Below are positions 1 through 10,172 of a DNA stretch of 64,000 nucleotides, in pieces. A program made the position numbers and the translations under genes. Position 1 is the stretch's first letter. Each line of letters opens with the position of its first letter. This stretch comes from Myxococcales bacterium. Lineage in GTDB: Bacteria > Myxococcota_A > UBA9042 > JABWCM01 > BTVJ01. Where the stretch lies: contig BTVJ01000021.1 in assembly GCA_045863395.1 (NCBI GenBank), positions 35,446-99,445 of the forward strand, given 5' to 3'. The notes under the pieces were generated by a model. That model made no database searches. It was not told where the DNA came from and was given only the letters and a program-made list of their open reading frames with translations.

Positions 1-311
1 GGACGGCGGAGCTGCTGCTGGTTCAGCGAGAGCCGGGGTTCGTGCGCTGGATCTCGCCCCTGCTCTTCCAGGCCCTGTGCGACCTCGTGGGCGTGGTCAC
101 GGTCGCCACGTGGGGAGAGCCCGTCCAGTGGGCCGTCTGCGCCCCAGAGCCAGGCGGCTTCGTCCCGCCGCCCACCTTCCGCATCGCCACCCCGTCCGGG
201 GCCTCGCACGTCCCCATCGCCGCACACCTGCTGCGCTGGTGCGTCATGCCGCTGCAGCCTGGCGAGCAGCCCCCGCCCCTGGCTGACTGGATCGCGAAGC
301 AGTACGCCTGA
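1..311 (+). CDS. Hypothetical protein, 5'-partial
   Basis: Frame is open from the window edge to TGA at 309-311 with GC3-rich codons; no recognisable motif. Confidence 0.6.
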   Translation, partial: TAELLLVQREPGFVRWISPLLFQALCDLVGVVTVATWGEPVQWAVCAPEPGGFVPPPTFRIATPSGASHVPIAAHLLRWCVMPLQPGEQPPPLADWIAKQYA

Positions 312-429
312 CGGCTGGGTCCGCGGCGCTCCGCGACTCGGGAAGTGGAGCGGGACCGCGGCGCCGTTCGCTTCTACCGAAACCGCCGAAGGCGTATACT
401 CCGCGCCCGGGGGGGGGGAGGCGGAGCAC

Positions 430-2841
430 ATGGCCGTTCGGTCCTGGCGTTGGAGAGTGACCGCGCTGCTGGCCCTGGGGGTGGTCGCGTGCGCCGGGGA
501 GGCCGGGACCGCGGAGGACGCCCAGACTTCGGACGCGGGCGACGCGGGGGACACGGGCGCGCCCGGCGATGCCCCGCTGAAAGACACCTCCCACGCCTCC
601 CTGCGCATCGCGGCGGTCTCTCCGACACTCCCTGCCTCCGTGCGCTACGTCGCTACCCTCCTGGACGGGCGCGTCCTTCGCGCGACGTGTCCCGGCGAGG
701 GCGACGGAGAGCTCGGCTGCGACGGCACGGACGCCCTCCTGGCAGAGGCCGGCTCCGTGGTCGTCAAGGCGCGCGGGCACCACTTCACCTCAGTCACGGT
801 CGCGGGCGACGTCGTCGTCCCGCTGGACCCTCTCTCGCCACTGGAGGTCACCGCCGACTACCGGACCGGGCTCGTCGAGCTGGCCGACTTCAAGACCCTG
901 GCCGTCCCCGCCGCGACAGAGCTCGGCCCGGTCGAGCTGGTGAAGTTCCTGGTGGACCTGCGGGGCGACCCGGTCGTCTACCTGCAAGACACGAAGAAGC
1001 AGCCGCTCCACTACGCCTTCGCCCACCAGGTGCTGGGGGTCGCCATGACGCTGGCGGAGTTCGAGGCGGCGACCTACCACGGCGCCGATCGCACATTCAT
1101 GGCGGGGACCCTGGTGCGATACCCGGACCGCACGATAGAGACCGCCCGCGGGCCGCTCGACTCGCCCGTGGCCGTGACCTTCTTCCCCAGCGACGACCTG
1201 AGCCCCGGGCAGGCGCTGCTCGTTCACCAGCTCCTCGAGGAGCGGCTGGCCTTCGCCCCGCTCGACGGGTCGGAGGGGCGCCTCGCCTACCTGCCCGCCG
1301 GTTCACAGCAGCAGGGGCAGCTCGACGGAGAGGCGCCCCTGTTCGCCGCGCACGACGCCGCCTGGATGAGCCAGGGCGAGCTCTGGGGCGCCGTGGACAT
1401 GCAGCTCCTCAACCCGGGCGTGGCCTACGGCACGCTGCGGGTGATGACCCCCGAGGAGCTGGAGACTGCGGTGGTCAGCTTCACGGACGTGCTGGTGCTC
1501 GTCCGGCTGCCCAACCACCTGCCCATCGTGGGCGGCACCATCACCGAGGAGCTCCAGACGCCGCTGGCCCACGTCAACGTGGCCGCCCGGGCCCGGGGCA
1601 CCCCCAACATGGCGCTCCTGGGCGCGTCCCTGGACCCGCGGGTGGCCCCGTTGCTGGGGACGCTCGTGCGCCTGGAGGTGACTCCGGCCGGCTTCGACCT
1701 GCGCGCGGCCACGCTGGAGGAGGCGTCGACGTTCTGGGCCGAGCGTGCGGACAAGCCCCTGCTCGTTCCCGGCGCCGACGTCGAGCGGGACGGGCTCCTC
1801 GCCTTCGCGGACATCGGCTTCGGCGACGCAATCGCGGTGGGCGTGAAGGCCGCCAACGTGGCCGAGCTGTCTCACCTGCTCAAGGGCAAGGCGCCGTCGG
1901 GCTTCGCGGTGCCATTCCACCACTACGACCGCTTCATGCGCGAGACGCTGGTCAACGGCGTGCTCTGCAAGGGCGCCAAGGCCGACTGCCTCGCCGAGGG
2001 GCGCCCCGCGGAGGTGTGCGACGGTGCGCACGGGGTGTGCCTTGGCGCCGCTGGGAGCGACCTCTACACGCTGGTGGACCGCCTGCTGGACGAGCCGACC
2101 GTCACCGCCGACACGCCGCTGCGGGAGGCCACCCTCGACATGCTGCGCTGGATCATGCGGAACAGCCCCGTGGCGGCCGACTTTGCCACCGCCCTCGACG
2201 GGATGGTGGCGGCGACCCACGGCGCCGCCAAGGTGCGGCTGCGGTCGAGCACCAACGCGGAGGACCTCACGGAGTTCAGCGGGGCCGGCCTCTACGCCTC
2301 GACGGGCGCTTGGGCGACCGGAAAGCAGCGGGCGTCGGCGGAGATCCGCAAGGTGTGGGCGTCGGTGTGGAGCTTCGCCGCCTTCGAGGAGCGGTCCTTC
2401 TGGAACATCGACCACCGGGCGGTGCGCATGGGGGTCGCGGTCCACGAGGCCTTCGAGGGCGAGGAGGCCAACGGGGTGCTCATCACCCAGAACATCGCGG
2501 ACCCCATGGTGGTGGGCATGTACGTCAACGTCCAGGCGGGCGACGCGCCCGTGACCAACCCGGTCGGGGGCTTGCTGCCCGAGGTGTTCAGCATCGTGCC
2601 CGCGCCGCAGGGGCTCCAGGTGGTCCGTCAGCGATACTCCAGCCTGTCGCCCGGCGTGCCGGTGATGACGGACGCTGAGATCGGGGCGCTCGCCTCGGCG
2701 GCGAACAAGGTGCAGCTCCACTTCGCGCCGCTCTACGGCAAGAGCCCGTCGGTGCTGGCGCTGGACCTGGAGTTCAAGCTCCGCGCGGACACGCGGGAGC
2801 TGGTCGTCAAACAGGTGCGCCCCTACTACCAGGCGCAGTGA
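430..2841 (+). CDS. Lipoprotein with a phospho-His swivel-like domain and a PEP/pyruvate-binding (PPDK_N, ATP-grasp) domain
   Basis: Lipobox LGVVAC; swivel-like QTPLAHVNVAARARGTPN; PPDK_N motifs VGVKAANVAEL, RLRSSTNAEDL, FSGAGLY, VWASVW, DLEFK..VKQVRP. Confidence 0.85.
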   Translation: MAVRSWRWRVTALLALGVVACAGEAGTAEDAQTSDAGDAGDTGAPGDAPLKDTSHASLRIAAVSPTLPASVRYVATLLDGRVLRATCPGEGDGELGCDGTDALLAEAGSVVVKARGHHFTSVTVAGDVVVPLDPLSPLEVTADYRTGLVELADFKTLAVPAATELGPVELVKFLVDLRGDPVVYLQDTKKQPLHYAFAHQVLGVAMTLAEFEAATYHGADRTFMAGTLVRYPDRTIETARGPLDSPVAVTFFPSDDLSPGQALLVHQLLEERLAFAPLDGSEGRLAYLPAGSQQQGQLDGEAPLFAAHDAAWMSQGELWGAVDMQLLNPGVAYGTLRVMTPEELETAVVSFTDVLVLVRLPNHLPIVGGTITEELQTPLAHVNVAARARGTPNMALLGASLDPRVAPLLGTLVRLEVTPAGFDLRAATLEEASTFWAERADKPLLVPGADVERDGLLAFADIGFGDAIAVGVKAANVAELSHLLKGKAPSGFAVPFHHYDRFMRETLVNGVLCKGAKADCLAEGRPAEVCDGAHGVCLGAAGSDLYTLVDRLLDEPTVTADTPLREATLDMLRWIMRNSPVAADFATALDGMVAATHGAAKVRLRSSTNAEDLTEFSGAGLYASTGAWATGKQRASAEIRKVWASVWSFAAFEERSFWNIDHRAVRMGVAVHEAFEGEEANGVLITQNIADPMVVGMYVNVQAGDAPVTNPVGGLLPEVFSIVPAPQGLQVVRQRYSSLSPGVPVMTDAEIGALASAANKVQLHFAPLYGKSPSVLALDLEFKLRADTRELVVKQVRPYYQAQ

Positions 2842-2851
2842 GGAGGTCGAC

Positions 2852-3745
2852 ATGAGGTGGACGATGGTGCTGGCGCTCGGCGCGACGATGCTCGGGTGCG
2901 ACGGCGACGACGGTGGGACGAACCCGGGCGCGGACGCGACGGTCGCGGACACGGCGGGGGACGCGGGCGGCAAGGACGTGCAGGCGGGGGACGCAGCGGA
3001 CGCGGGCGGGGGAGAGGACGGCACACCGGGCAACGACGTCGCGGACACGGCCGGCGACGACGCGGGAGTGGACGCGGGCCCCTTGGACGGAGGGACCACC
3101 GACGGGGGGACGGCGGACGCCGGGCCGGGAGACACGGGACCCGACGACGCCGGGACGACCGACGGTGGCGCGGGAGACGCTGGCAGCGACGCAGCGCAGG
3201 ACGCGGGCCTGCCGGAGGGGTTCGAGATCCGCATCCCCGGCAGCAACGAGATCACCTGCCCCGGGGTTGGGGGCGGGACCGAGACCATCGACCAGCCGGA
3301 CACGGACCACGTCTGCACCTTCGCGCATGGCGGCGGCTTCGGCCAGCTCTACGTCCAGGCCAGCGCGAGCGGCTGCGCCCCGGGCGGCTTCGGCGGCACA
3401 CCGATCTACGACGTGGTGGGCGCCTGGATGGCGATGGACGGGAAGGTCGTGTCGCTGGGTGAGCCTGGCTACGACTGGGGCGGCAACCACCACAACGACT
3501 TCATCACGTTCTCGTGGGGAGGCACCAAGTACAAGTACTACCACTCCTCCTTCGGGTGGGGCTGGCGCGCCTGCCAGCCGCCCGACTGCATGCAGGTGTT
3601 GAGCAGCGGGGGAGCGGTGGTGGAGGACGGCTGCACCAAGGATCGCACGCTGCCCGTGGTGTGCGTCCTCGTGGAGGCGGACGGCACCGTGCCGCCGCTC
3701 GTGGACACCTTCGAGCCCTGCGCGGGCGACCCCAACTACCAATGA
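2852..3745 (+). CDS. Hypothetical lipoprotein (acidic DAG-rich linker, Cys-containing C-terminal domain)
   Basis: RBS GAGGAGG; lipobox ATMLGC; stop overlaps the next ATG (ATGA). Confidence 0.8.
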   Translation: MRWTMVLALGATMLGCDGDDGGTNPGADATVADTAGDAGGKDVQAGDAADAGGGEDGTPGNDVADTAGDDAGVDAGPLDGGTTDGGTADAGPGDTGPDDAGTTDGGAGDAGSDAAQDAGLPEGFEIRIPGSNEITCPGVGGGTETIDQPDTDHVCTFAHGGGFGQLYVQASASGCAPGGFGGTPIYDVVGAWMAMDGKVVSLGEPGYDWGGNHHNDFITFSWGGTKYKYYHSSFGWGWRACQPPDCMQVLSSGGAVVEDGCTKDRTLPVVCVLVEADGTVPPLVDTFEPCAGDPNYQ

Positions 3746-4506
3746 TCGCGGTGGTGAGGGAGCCCGCCCGGTCGCTGGCGGAGTGCGAGCTGTCCTTCAT
3801 CGACCGGGAGCACGTGGACGCCGCGCTGGCCGCTGCGCAGCACGCCGCCTACCGGGACGCGCTGGCCGCCTGCGGGTTTGGCGTGCAGTGCCTCCCGGCC
3901 CTGGAGGGGCTCCCAGACAGCGTGTTCGTGGAGGACGCCGCGGTGGTGCTCGACGAGCTCATCGTGCTGGCCCGGCCGGGAGCGCCGTCGAGGGCGCCGG
4001 AGGTGGAGGCCATCGCGCCTCACCTGACATCGCTGGGGCGGGTGGAGCGGCTTCAGGGTGGGCGCCTCGACGGGGGCGACGTCCTGAGGATCGGCCGGAC
4101 GCTCTGGGTGGGGCTCTCGGGGCGCACCGACGCAGCCGGCATCGGAGCCCTCCGCGCCATCGCCGCGCCGCTGGGCTACACCCTGGTGGCGGCGCCCATC
4201 CGCGGGTGCCTCCACCTGAAGACCGGCGCCACCGCGGTCAGCGACGACACGGTGATCGTGAACCCCGCCTGGGTGGACCCGACCCCGTGGCGCCACCTGC
4301 GCGTGGTCGAGGTCCACCCCACGGAGCCCTTCGGCGCCAACGTTCTGCGGGCGGGGGGCCGGGTGCTCGTCTCCGACGCGGCTCCCCGGACGGCGGACAT
4401 GCTCGCGGCGCTCGGATTCGAGACGCTGGCGGTGGACATCGGCGAGCTGGAGAAGGCAGAGGCGGGGCTGACGTGCCTGTCGCTGCTGCTCGATCCCAGG
4501 CCGTAG
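3742..4506 (+). CDS. Dimethylarginine dimethylaminohydrolase (amidinotransferase fold)
   Basis: PDSVFVED, LDGGDVL, CLHLKTG, EKAEAGLTCLS; ATG at 3742 is coupled to the upstream stop. Confidence 0.9.
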   Translation: MIAVVREPARSLAECELSFIDREHVDAALAAAQHAAYRDALAACGFGVQCLPALEGLPDSVFVEDAAVVLDELIVLARPGAPSRAPEVEAIAPHLTSLGRVERLQGGRLDGGDVLRIGRTLWVGLSGRTDAAGIGALRAIAAPLGYTLVAAPIRGCLHLKTGATAVSDDTVIVNPAWVDPTPWRHLRVVEVHPTEPFGANVLRAGGRVLVSDAAPRTADMLAALGFETLAVDIGELEKAEAGLTCLSLLLDPRP

Positions 4507-4542
4507 CGCCGTAACGTCCCAGGTCACCGGGCCAGGACGCTC

Positions 4543-6858
4543 CTACCGCGCCCTCCTTCGCCCTCGGGTGGCGGCGACGACCCAGAGCGCCATGAGCGTC
4601 AGCGCGGCCGGCGGCGCGCCGGGGGACGCCGCCCGGCAGCCATCACTGGCGGTGCCGGAGGGCGCGGCCGCGTCGGTCCCCTGGGCGTCAGGGCCATGCG
4701 GGACCACGTCGTCGCCTGCCGTGTCCACCTCGAGGTCGCCTGCGCCCGCATCCGCGGCGTCGACCCTCGCGCCGACGTCTGGTTCGTCGTGCACCTCAGA
4801 TACGTCGTCCGTTGCGTCGCCGACGGCGTCCTCGGTGGGGCCCGCGTCCGGCTCCGGCGGCGCAGGCGGGAGCCACTTCAGGGTGGTCTGGTGGCGCATG
4901 GAGCGGCAGTGGGCGCTCAGAACGTTGATGTGGACCGTGGCGCCGGGCTCCAACTCCAGGTCCGTGACGGTGACCGTCGTGGGCGAGCCGTCCCGCACGG
5001 CGTCAGCGACCTCGACGCCGTTGACGATGCTCAGGGAGGCCCCGCCGAACTCCAGGGGGACCAGCGCGAGCTGAGCCGGCGCGCCGCGCCGCAGGACCAC
5101 CTCGTGGAGCACGTCGCCCTCCTCCAGCGGGGCGCCGTCGAGCCGCTCCAGCGCCATCGTCAGCTCCAGGCCCCCGACCGGCTCCTCGGGCACGGTTGCG
5201 ACGTAGGAGACCACCAGGGGCACGCGCGCCCCGATGAGGCGCAGCGCGGAGCAGACGCCCTGATCGAGACCGAGGGCCTTGGCGACGGTGTCCGCGCCGA
5301 TGGCCGTCCCCATCCTTGGGAGGCCGGCGGTCAGGGGGACGCTGCGGCCGCAGACGTCGAGCCCCCGCTCAGACAGCACCTGGGCGGCGACCTGGGCGCT
5401 GCCTGCCGGGAGGACACCGTCCTCCTCCAGGTCCGCGACCGCCTGCTGGACGATGGCGGCGGCGTCCGCGAAGGTCGGGGCCCCGGCGAGCTGGTGGATC
5501 AGCGCCCACGCCACCTCGTCGACGGCGTCCCCCAGGAGGCCCCGCAGCTCCCAGAGGGCGGTGGAGATCAGCGGGCCATCCAGGTGCGCCTCGCCGATCA
5601 GGTCGTCGGGACACCGCGGGGTGCCCTCCAGGTGGCGGACGGACCGCTCCAGGTCCTCTCCCTTCGACAGGTACGCCATCAGATCCACCTCGCCGGTGAT
5701 CACGCCCGCCCAGTAGTCGGACATGCCCTCGTTGAGGGCGGTCGGCGCAGAGTGGAAGCCCTCCGCGTCGATGTTCACCGGGTAGTCCGAGTGCCCGGCG
5801 GTGTCGTTGGCGAGATCGAAGAAGGGGTGGCCGATCTCGTGGGCCGCGATGGGCCCGCTGTAGGCGAAGTCGAGGGCCTCGGTGTGGCCGAACACGGTCA
5901 CGAAGAGGTCACCCGTGTCCAGGTAGGCGTAGGCGTTGGAGTAGCCCTCGCCCGGCGACTCCTCGTAGTTGACCAGGACGCTGGCCGGGGCCGCGAGGGC
6001 GACGCCGAAGCGCTGCGTGAAGTAGCTCAGGGCCCGCTCGACGTGGTGGTAGGCGTTGACCTCGGCGAAGGGGTCCGGCGCGTCCCAGGGAGCGGGATCG
6101 TAGAGGAAGTCCCCCGCCTCGTCGGCGGCGGCGTGGCGCGTCTTGGCGTAGGCGCCGTCGGTCCAGGCCGCGCTCCACACGTCGGCGAGGGGGCTCGTCA
6201 GCTCCTGGGCGCCGTCGGGGAGGCCGGACAGGGCGACCTCCTCGGGAGCGCCTGCCAGGGGGTGCAGGGGGTAGACGCGGCCCTGGGCGGTGTGCGAGGC
6301 GCGGGAGAGGCGGACCCCTGCGGCGTCGAAGGTGACGCGCCATCGCTCAGGAGGAGCAGAGGTGGTGGCCGTGGCCACCCAGCGCGCGTGGCCACCCCGA
6401 GCGTCAGGGACGATGACGAGCGTGGGATGCAGCGACGCGGCTGGCAGGGCCTCCGCCATCCGCCGCGCCGCCTCTTCCCGCGACGGAGCGAGCGCCGGAT
6501 CGAGCACCAGGCCCGTCACGAGGCGCTCGTGGACCAGCGCGGGACGCCCGAGCCGGTCGAGCCGCACGACGGCGCCCCCACCGCGCACCGGGACGCCGCG
6601 ATGGAGCTGGGGGAACGCGACCGTCGTCCTGCCCCGCCAGGTGTGGACGCGCGGCTCCCCGAGGGCGCTCGCCTCGACGCCGAGCGCCCGCAGCGTCGCC
6701 CGGGCGTCGGCCATGGGCTCGCCGTGCAGGGGCACCGTGACGGAGGCCGCGGTGGCGCCGTGGTCACGGAGCACACGCACGGACAGCGGAGGGGGAGGTG
6801 CCGGCGCGCAGGCTGCGGCGAGCAACGTGAGGACCAGGGCGATTGCGGAACGGGACAC
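4543..6858 (-). CDS. M4/M36-type zinc metallopeptidase with FTP-like propeptide and MYXO-CTERM
   Basis: HEIGH plus ALNEGMSD zinc ligands, GEAH motif, propeptide FPQLHRGVPV; C-terminal GC-hydrophobic-RRR tail; GTG start after GGAGG. Confidence 0.85.
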   Translation of the reverse strand: MSRSAIALVLTLLAAACAPAPPPPLSVRVLRDHGATAASVTVPLHGEPMADARATLRALGVEASALGEPRVHTWRGRTTVAFPQLHRGVPVRGGGAVVRLDRLGRPALVHERLVTGLVLDPALAPSREEAARRMAEALPAASLHPTLVIVPDARGGHARWVATATTSAPPERWRVTFDAAGVRLSRASHTAQGRVYPLHPLAGAPEEVALSGLPDGAQELTSPLADVWSAAWTDGAYAKTRHAAADEAGDFLYDPAPWDAPDPFAEVNAYHHVERALSYFTQRFGVALAAPASVLVNYEESPGEGYSNAYAYLDTGDLFVTVFGHTEALDFAYSGPIAAHEIGHPFFDLANDTAGHSDYPVNIDAEGFHSAPTALNEGMSDYWAGVITGEVDLMAYLSKGEDLERSVRHLEGTPRCPDDLIGEAHLDGPLISTALWELRGLLGDAVDEVAWALIHQLAGAPTFADAAAIVQQAVADLEEDGVLPAGSAQVAAQVLSERGLDVCGRSVPLTAGLPRMGTAIGADTVAKALGLDQGVCSALRLIGARVPLVVSYVATVPEEPVGGLELTMALERLDGAPLEEGDVLHEVVLRRGAPAQLALVPLEFGGASLSIVNGVEVADAVRDGSPTTVTVTDLELEPGATVHINVLSAHCRSMRHQTTLKWLPPAPPEPDAGPTEDAVGDATDDVSEVHDEPDVGARVDAADAGAGDLEVDTAGDDVVPHGPDAQGTDAAAPSGTASDGCRAASPGAPPAALTLMALWVVAATRGRRRAR

Positions 6859-6943
6859 GGCGACCTCCGGGTGCGGGGCGGAGGCGATTGTGCCACGCGG
6901 AGGGCAGCGCGCTCCACCCCCGATGTGCGGGCGCACTTGCTGC

Positions 6944-7885
6944 TCAGGGCACGTCGTGATCCGCAAAGGAGAGGCTCCAGGAGCGCGGATCCTTGACGAG
7001 GGCGGGGCAGGCGGCGCCCCAGCGCCCCACGCTGAGGGTCATGGGCTCCGGGTTCGCCCAGGCGGGGACGGGGAAGAAGCCGGCGCGAGCGAGGGAGCGG
7101 CGGCCGGGGGTGCCGCGGAAGGCCAGGGCCGCGGCAGCCCTGCAGCCGTACCGGGCCGCGCTGTGAAGCATGGCCTCGTGGAGCTGGCCCAGGAGGTGCG
7201 GAGGAGCGAGCGCGTCCATGATCAGCGCCACGGGGAGGCGGCGCACCCGCCGCACGGCGAACACACCCCACGCGAGGAGGCGCCCTGCGCCCCTCACCTC
7301 TGCGACACCGTAGGCAGCACCCGGGCGCCCGTACCGCCAGCGAAGGGTCGCGAGATCCGACTGGACCGCGACCCAGCCCAGGTCGTGACTCAGGAGGCCG
7401 GTCACGTCGCTCGGGGGTGCGACGGGCGCGGGACCGTGAACCTGGCGCGCGAGCGGCAGCGGCCGCGCCAGCAGGGGAAGGGGCCCCAGAGCCACGCGGC
7501 CTTGCCGCGCAAGGACGCCCGGCGTGGAGGCGGGGTTGGAGAAGCCGTAGACGGAGGCGGGCCCCACGAGTCGCTGGAGGAGGGCGCGCAGCCGCGAGTT
7601 GAGGCCCTGGTGGCGCCACCCGTCCGCGGTGGCCGCGTCGATTGACTGCACGCACGGCTCGACACGGCGGCCCACCCGGAGGGCTCGGCGTAGTCCCCCG
7701 GCATGAGCCACGATGCGCCCCTGGACCTCTGCGATGACGGAGCAGCCGGGCCCCGCCGGCGTCGCGCGGTAGAGCCACGACCAGGTGCCGGGCGGTCGCG
7801 CGACCCCGAACACCGACGCCAGGAACGCATCCACGGCGGGGCCGTCCTCGGGCATTGCCTCGCGGAGCGTCGGCTCGGGGGTCAC
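6944..7885 (-). CDS. GNAT-family N-acetyltransferase
   Basis: WSWLYRATPAG, QSIDAATADGWRHQGL (acetyl-CoA motif A), YGFSN; GTG start overlaps the upstream TGA. Confidence 0.75.
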   Translation of the reverse strand: MTPEPTLREAMPEDGPAVDAFLASVFGVARPPGTWSWLYRATPAGPGCSVIAEVQGRIVAHAGGLRRALRVGRRVEPCVQSIDAATADGWRHQGLNSRLRALLQRLVGPASVYGFSNPASTPGVLARQGRVALGPLPLLARPLPLARQVHGPAPVAPPSDVTGLLSHDLGWVAVQSDLATLRWRYGRPGAAYGVAEVRGAGRLLAWGVFAVRRVRRLPVALIMDALAPPHLLGQLHEAMLHSAARYGCRAAAALAFRGTPGRRSLARAGFFPVPAWANPEPMTLSVGRWGAACPALVKDPRSWSLSFADHDVP

Positions 7886-8154
7886 TTCTTGTCGCAGGAG
7901 AGGGTCCAGGTGAAGTCCGCCTGCGGAGAGCCGCGCCACGTCACGAACGTGGACTCGGCCTTCGGGGCGACGTCCTGGGTGACCCCGTCAGCGTTCACGT
8001 CGGACCTCACCGTGCAGCGGATGACGTGATCGCACCGGTTCTTCACGTGGACCAGGTGGTCGTAGCCAGCGACGTAGCGGACCTGCTTCGTGGCCTCGGC
8101 GCAGCCATCGGCGTCGCCGGCGATCATCGCGAGCACCAACCAGAGCGTGGCCAT
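7882..8154 (-). CDS. Small secreted Cys-containing hypothetical protein
   Basis: RBS GGAGGAGG, hydrophobic N-terminus, 4 Cys, good codon bias. Confidence 0.7.
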   Translation of the reverse strand: MATLWLVLAMIAGDADGCAEATKQVRYVAGYDHLVHVKNRCDHVIRCTVRSDVNADGVTQDVAPKAESTFVTWRGSPQADFTWTLSCDKK

Positions 8155-8240
8155 GGGGTTCACCTCCTCCCCGACGCTACGCCGCCAGGGCGGCGCGCGC
8201 AAGGGTTGTGGGCGTGCCGGGACGCCGCTATCCTCGCGCC

Positions 8241-10172
8241 ATGGACATCAAGACCACGTGCAACCGCGACTGCCCCGACGCCTGCGGCATCGTCGCCACG
8301 GTGGAGGCCGGGCGCGTCACCAGGCTGCGGGGTGACCCGGCGCATCCGATCACCGGCGGCTTCCTCTGCTACCGCACCAACCGGTTCCTGGAGCGGCAGT
8401 ACGCCCCCGAGCGGCTCACGGCGCCCCTCGTCCGGCGCGGCGGCGCGCTCGTAGAGGCGACCTGGGAGGAGGCGCTCGACCTCGTGGCGTCGACGCTGCT
8501 CCGGGTGCGCTCGGCGTCCGGGGGCGCTGCCATCCTCGCGTACCGGAGCGGGGGCTCCCTGGGGCTCGTCAAGCACTTGACGGAGCACTTCTGGGAGTCC
8601 TTCGGGCCGGTCACCGTCAAGTCCGGGGACATCTGCTCAGGCGCGGGCGACGATGCGCAGCTCACGGACTTCGGCGACGAGGACAGCCACGACCTGCTGG
8701 ACCTGAACAACTCCCATGGCATCGTGCTCTGGGGAAAGAACGTCCACGCGAGCAGCGTGCACCTGGTGCCCATCTTGAGAGCGGCGCGAGGGCGCGGGGC
8801 CCGCGTGGTGCTCATCGATCCGGTGCGCCACCGCGGCACCGAGCTCGCAGACGCCTACGTGCAGCCGCGACCGGGCGGCGATCCGGCGCTGGCCCTGGCG
8901 GTGGCGCGGGCGCTCTTCGATGCGGGGCGGGCGCGGCTCGATGGCTGCGACCACGGCGAGGCGTTCAAGGCGCTGTGCTGCTCGCGGACCGTGGAGGAGT
9001 GGGCCGCCGTCGCCGGCGTGACCGGGGACGAGGCCGCCCTCGTCGCGGCCACCCTGGCGGACGGCCCCACGAACATTCAAGTGGGCTGGGGCCTCGGGCG
9101 ACGGCGCAACGGCTCGGCGGCCGTGCGGCTCATCGACGCCCTCGGCGCCATCTCGGGCAACCTGGGGGTGCCGGGCGGTGGTGTCTCCTTCTACTACAAG
9201 CGGCGCGGCGCCTTCGACACGTCGTTCATCCACTCGAGCCCGCCGCGGCGCCTGCCCGAGGCGCTGCTCGGGGAGGCGATCCTCGCCGCCCGCGACCCGG
9301 AGGTGCGGGTCGCCTTCATCACGGCCGCCAACCCCGTCGCCATGCTGCCAGACTCGGAGACGGTCGCCCACGCCCTGCGCACCCGGGAGCTGACGGTGGT
9401 GGTGGACGCCTTCCTGACGGACACGGCCCGGTGCGCCCACGTCGTGCTCCCCACCACCACCATGCTGGAGGACACGGACCTGGTGGGCGCCTACGGTCAC
9501 CACTGGATCGGCGCGGTGGAGCCGGTGGTGGCCCCACCACCGGGAGTGCTCACCGACTACGAGATCATCCAGGCGCTGGCGCGACGAACGGGAGTGGCGG
9601 GCTTCGACGAGCCGGTGGATAGCTGGCGCCGGCGGCTGCTCTCGAGGGTGGAGAGTCACGGGGTCACGCTCGAGCGACTCCAGAGGGGGGCGGTCCGCAG
9701 CCCCCTCGCGCCCACCGTGTTGTTCGACGGTGGGGTGGCGACGGAGAGCGGCCGCGTCAACCTGATCCACGCGGTCGATCCGACTCCGCCAGCCGTGACG
9801 GCCGAGCGCCCCATGCTGCTGATGGCGCTCTCCACGGATCGGGCGCAGGCGTCGCAGTGGCCGGCCCACACGCAAGATTCGCCACCGGTCGCCCGCGTGC
9901 ACCCGGACAACGCGGTGGTGCCCCACGGGGCCCAGGCGTGGCTGGAGTCGGAGGTGGGGCGCATGGCGGTGGTGGTGCACCACGACCCGGGGCAGCGGCG
10001 GGACGTGGCCATCGTGCCGAAGGGCGGGTGGCACCACCGGGGGCGCAGCGCCAACGCCCTGATCCGGGGTGAGCTCACGGACGCGGGCGGGGGAGCGGCC
10101 TACTACGACACCCCGGTGCGCATCCTGCCCATGGACGCGAGGGATTCGGGCACCAGCGGCGCCACGATCTGA
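8241..10172 (+). CDS. Molybdopterin-dependent oxidoreductase (MopB superfamily, N-terminal 4Fe-4S)
   Basis: CNRDCPDAC...GFLC, RLTAPL, ATWEEALD, VVVDAFLTDTA, C-terminal molybdopterin dinucleotide-binding domain; no Tat signal seen. Confidence 0.9.
   Translation: MDIKTTCNRDCPDACGIVATVEAGRVTRLRGDPAHPITGGFLCYRTNRFLERQYAPERLTAPLVRRGGALVEATWEEALDLVASTLLRVRSASGGAAILAYRSGGSLGLVKHLTEHFWESFGPVTVKSGDICSGAGDDAQLTDFGDEDSHDLLDLNNSHGIVLWGKNVHASSVHLVPILRAARGRGARVVLIDPVRHRGTELADAYVQPRPGGDPALALAVARALFDAGRARLDGCDHGEAFKALCCSRTVEEWAAVAGVTGDEAALVAATLADGPTNIQVGWGLGRRRNGSAAVRLIDALGAISGNLGVPGGGVSFYYKRRGAFDTSFIHSSPPRRLPEALLGEAILAARDPEVRVAFITAANPVAMLPDSETVAHALRTRELTVVVDAFLTDTARCAHVVLPTTTMLEDTDLVGAYGHHWIGAVEPVVAPPPGVLTDYEIIQALARRTGVAGFDEPVDSWRRRLLSRVESHGVTLERLQRGAVRSPLAPTVLFDGGVATESGRVNLIHAVDPTPPAVTAERPMLLMALSTDRAQASQWPAHTQDSPPVARVHPDNAVVPHGAQAWLESEVGRMAVVVHHDPGQRRDVAIVPKGGWHHRGRSANALIRGELTDAGGGAAYYDTPVRILPMDARDSGTSGATI

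Noticed and set aside
10103..10172. 70-bp convergent overlap of the MopB and desaturase genes (also a 32-bp overlap at 61504-61535) as antisense regulation
   Set aside because: Overlapping tails lie beyond the conserved domains; stop-codon scarcity at high GC explains them.
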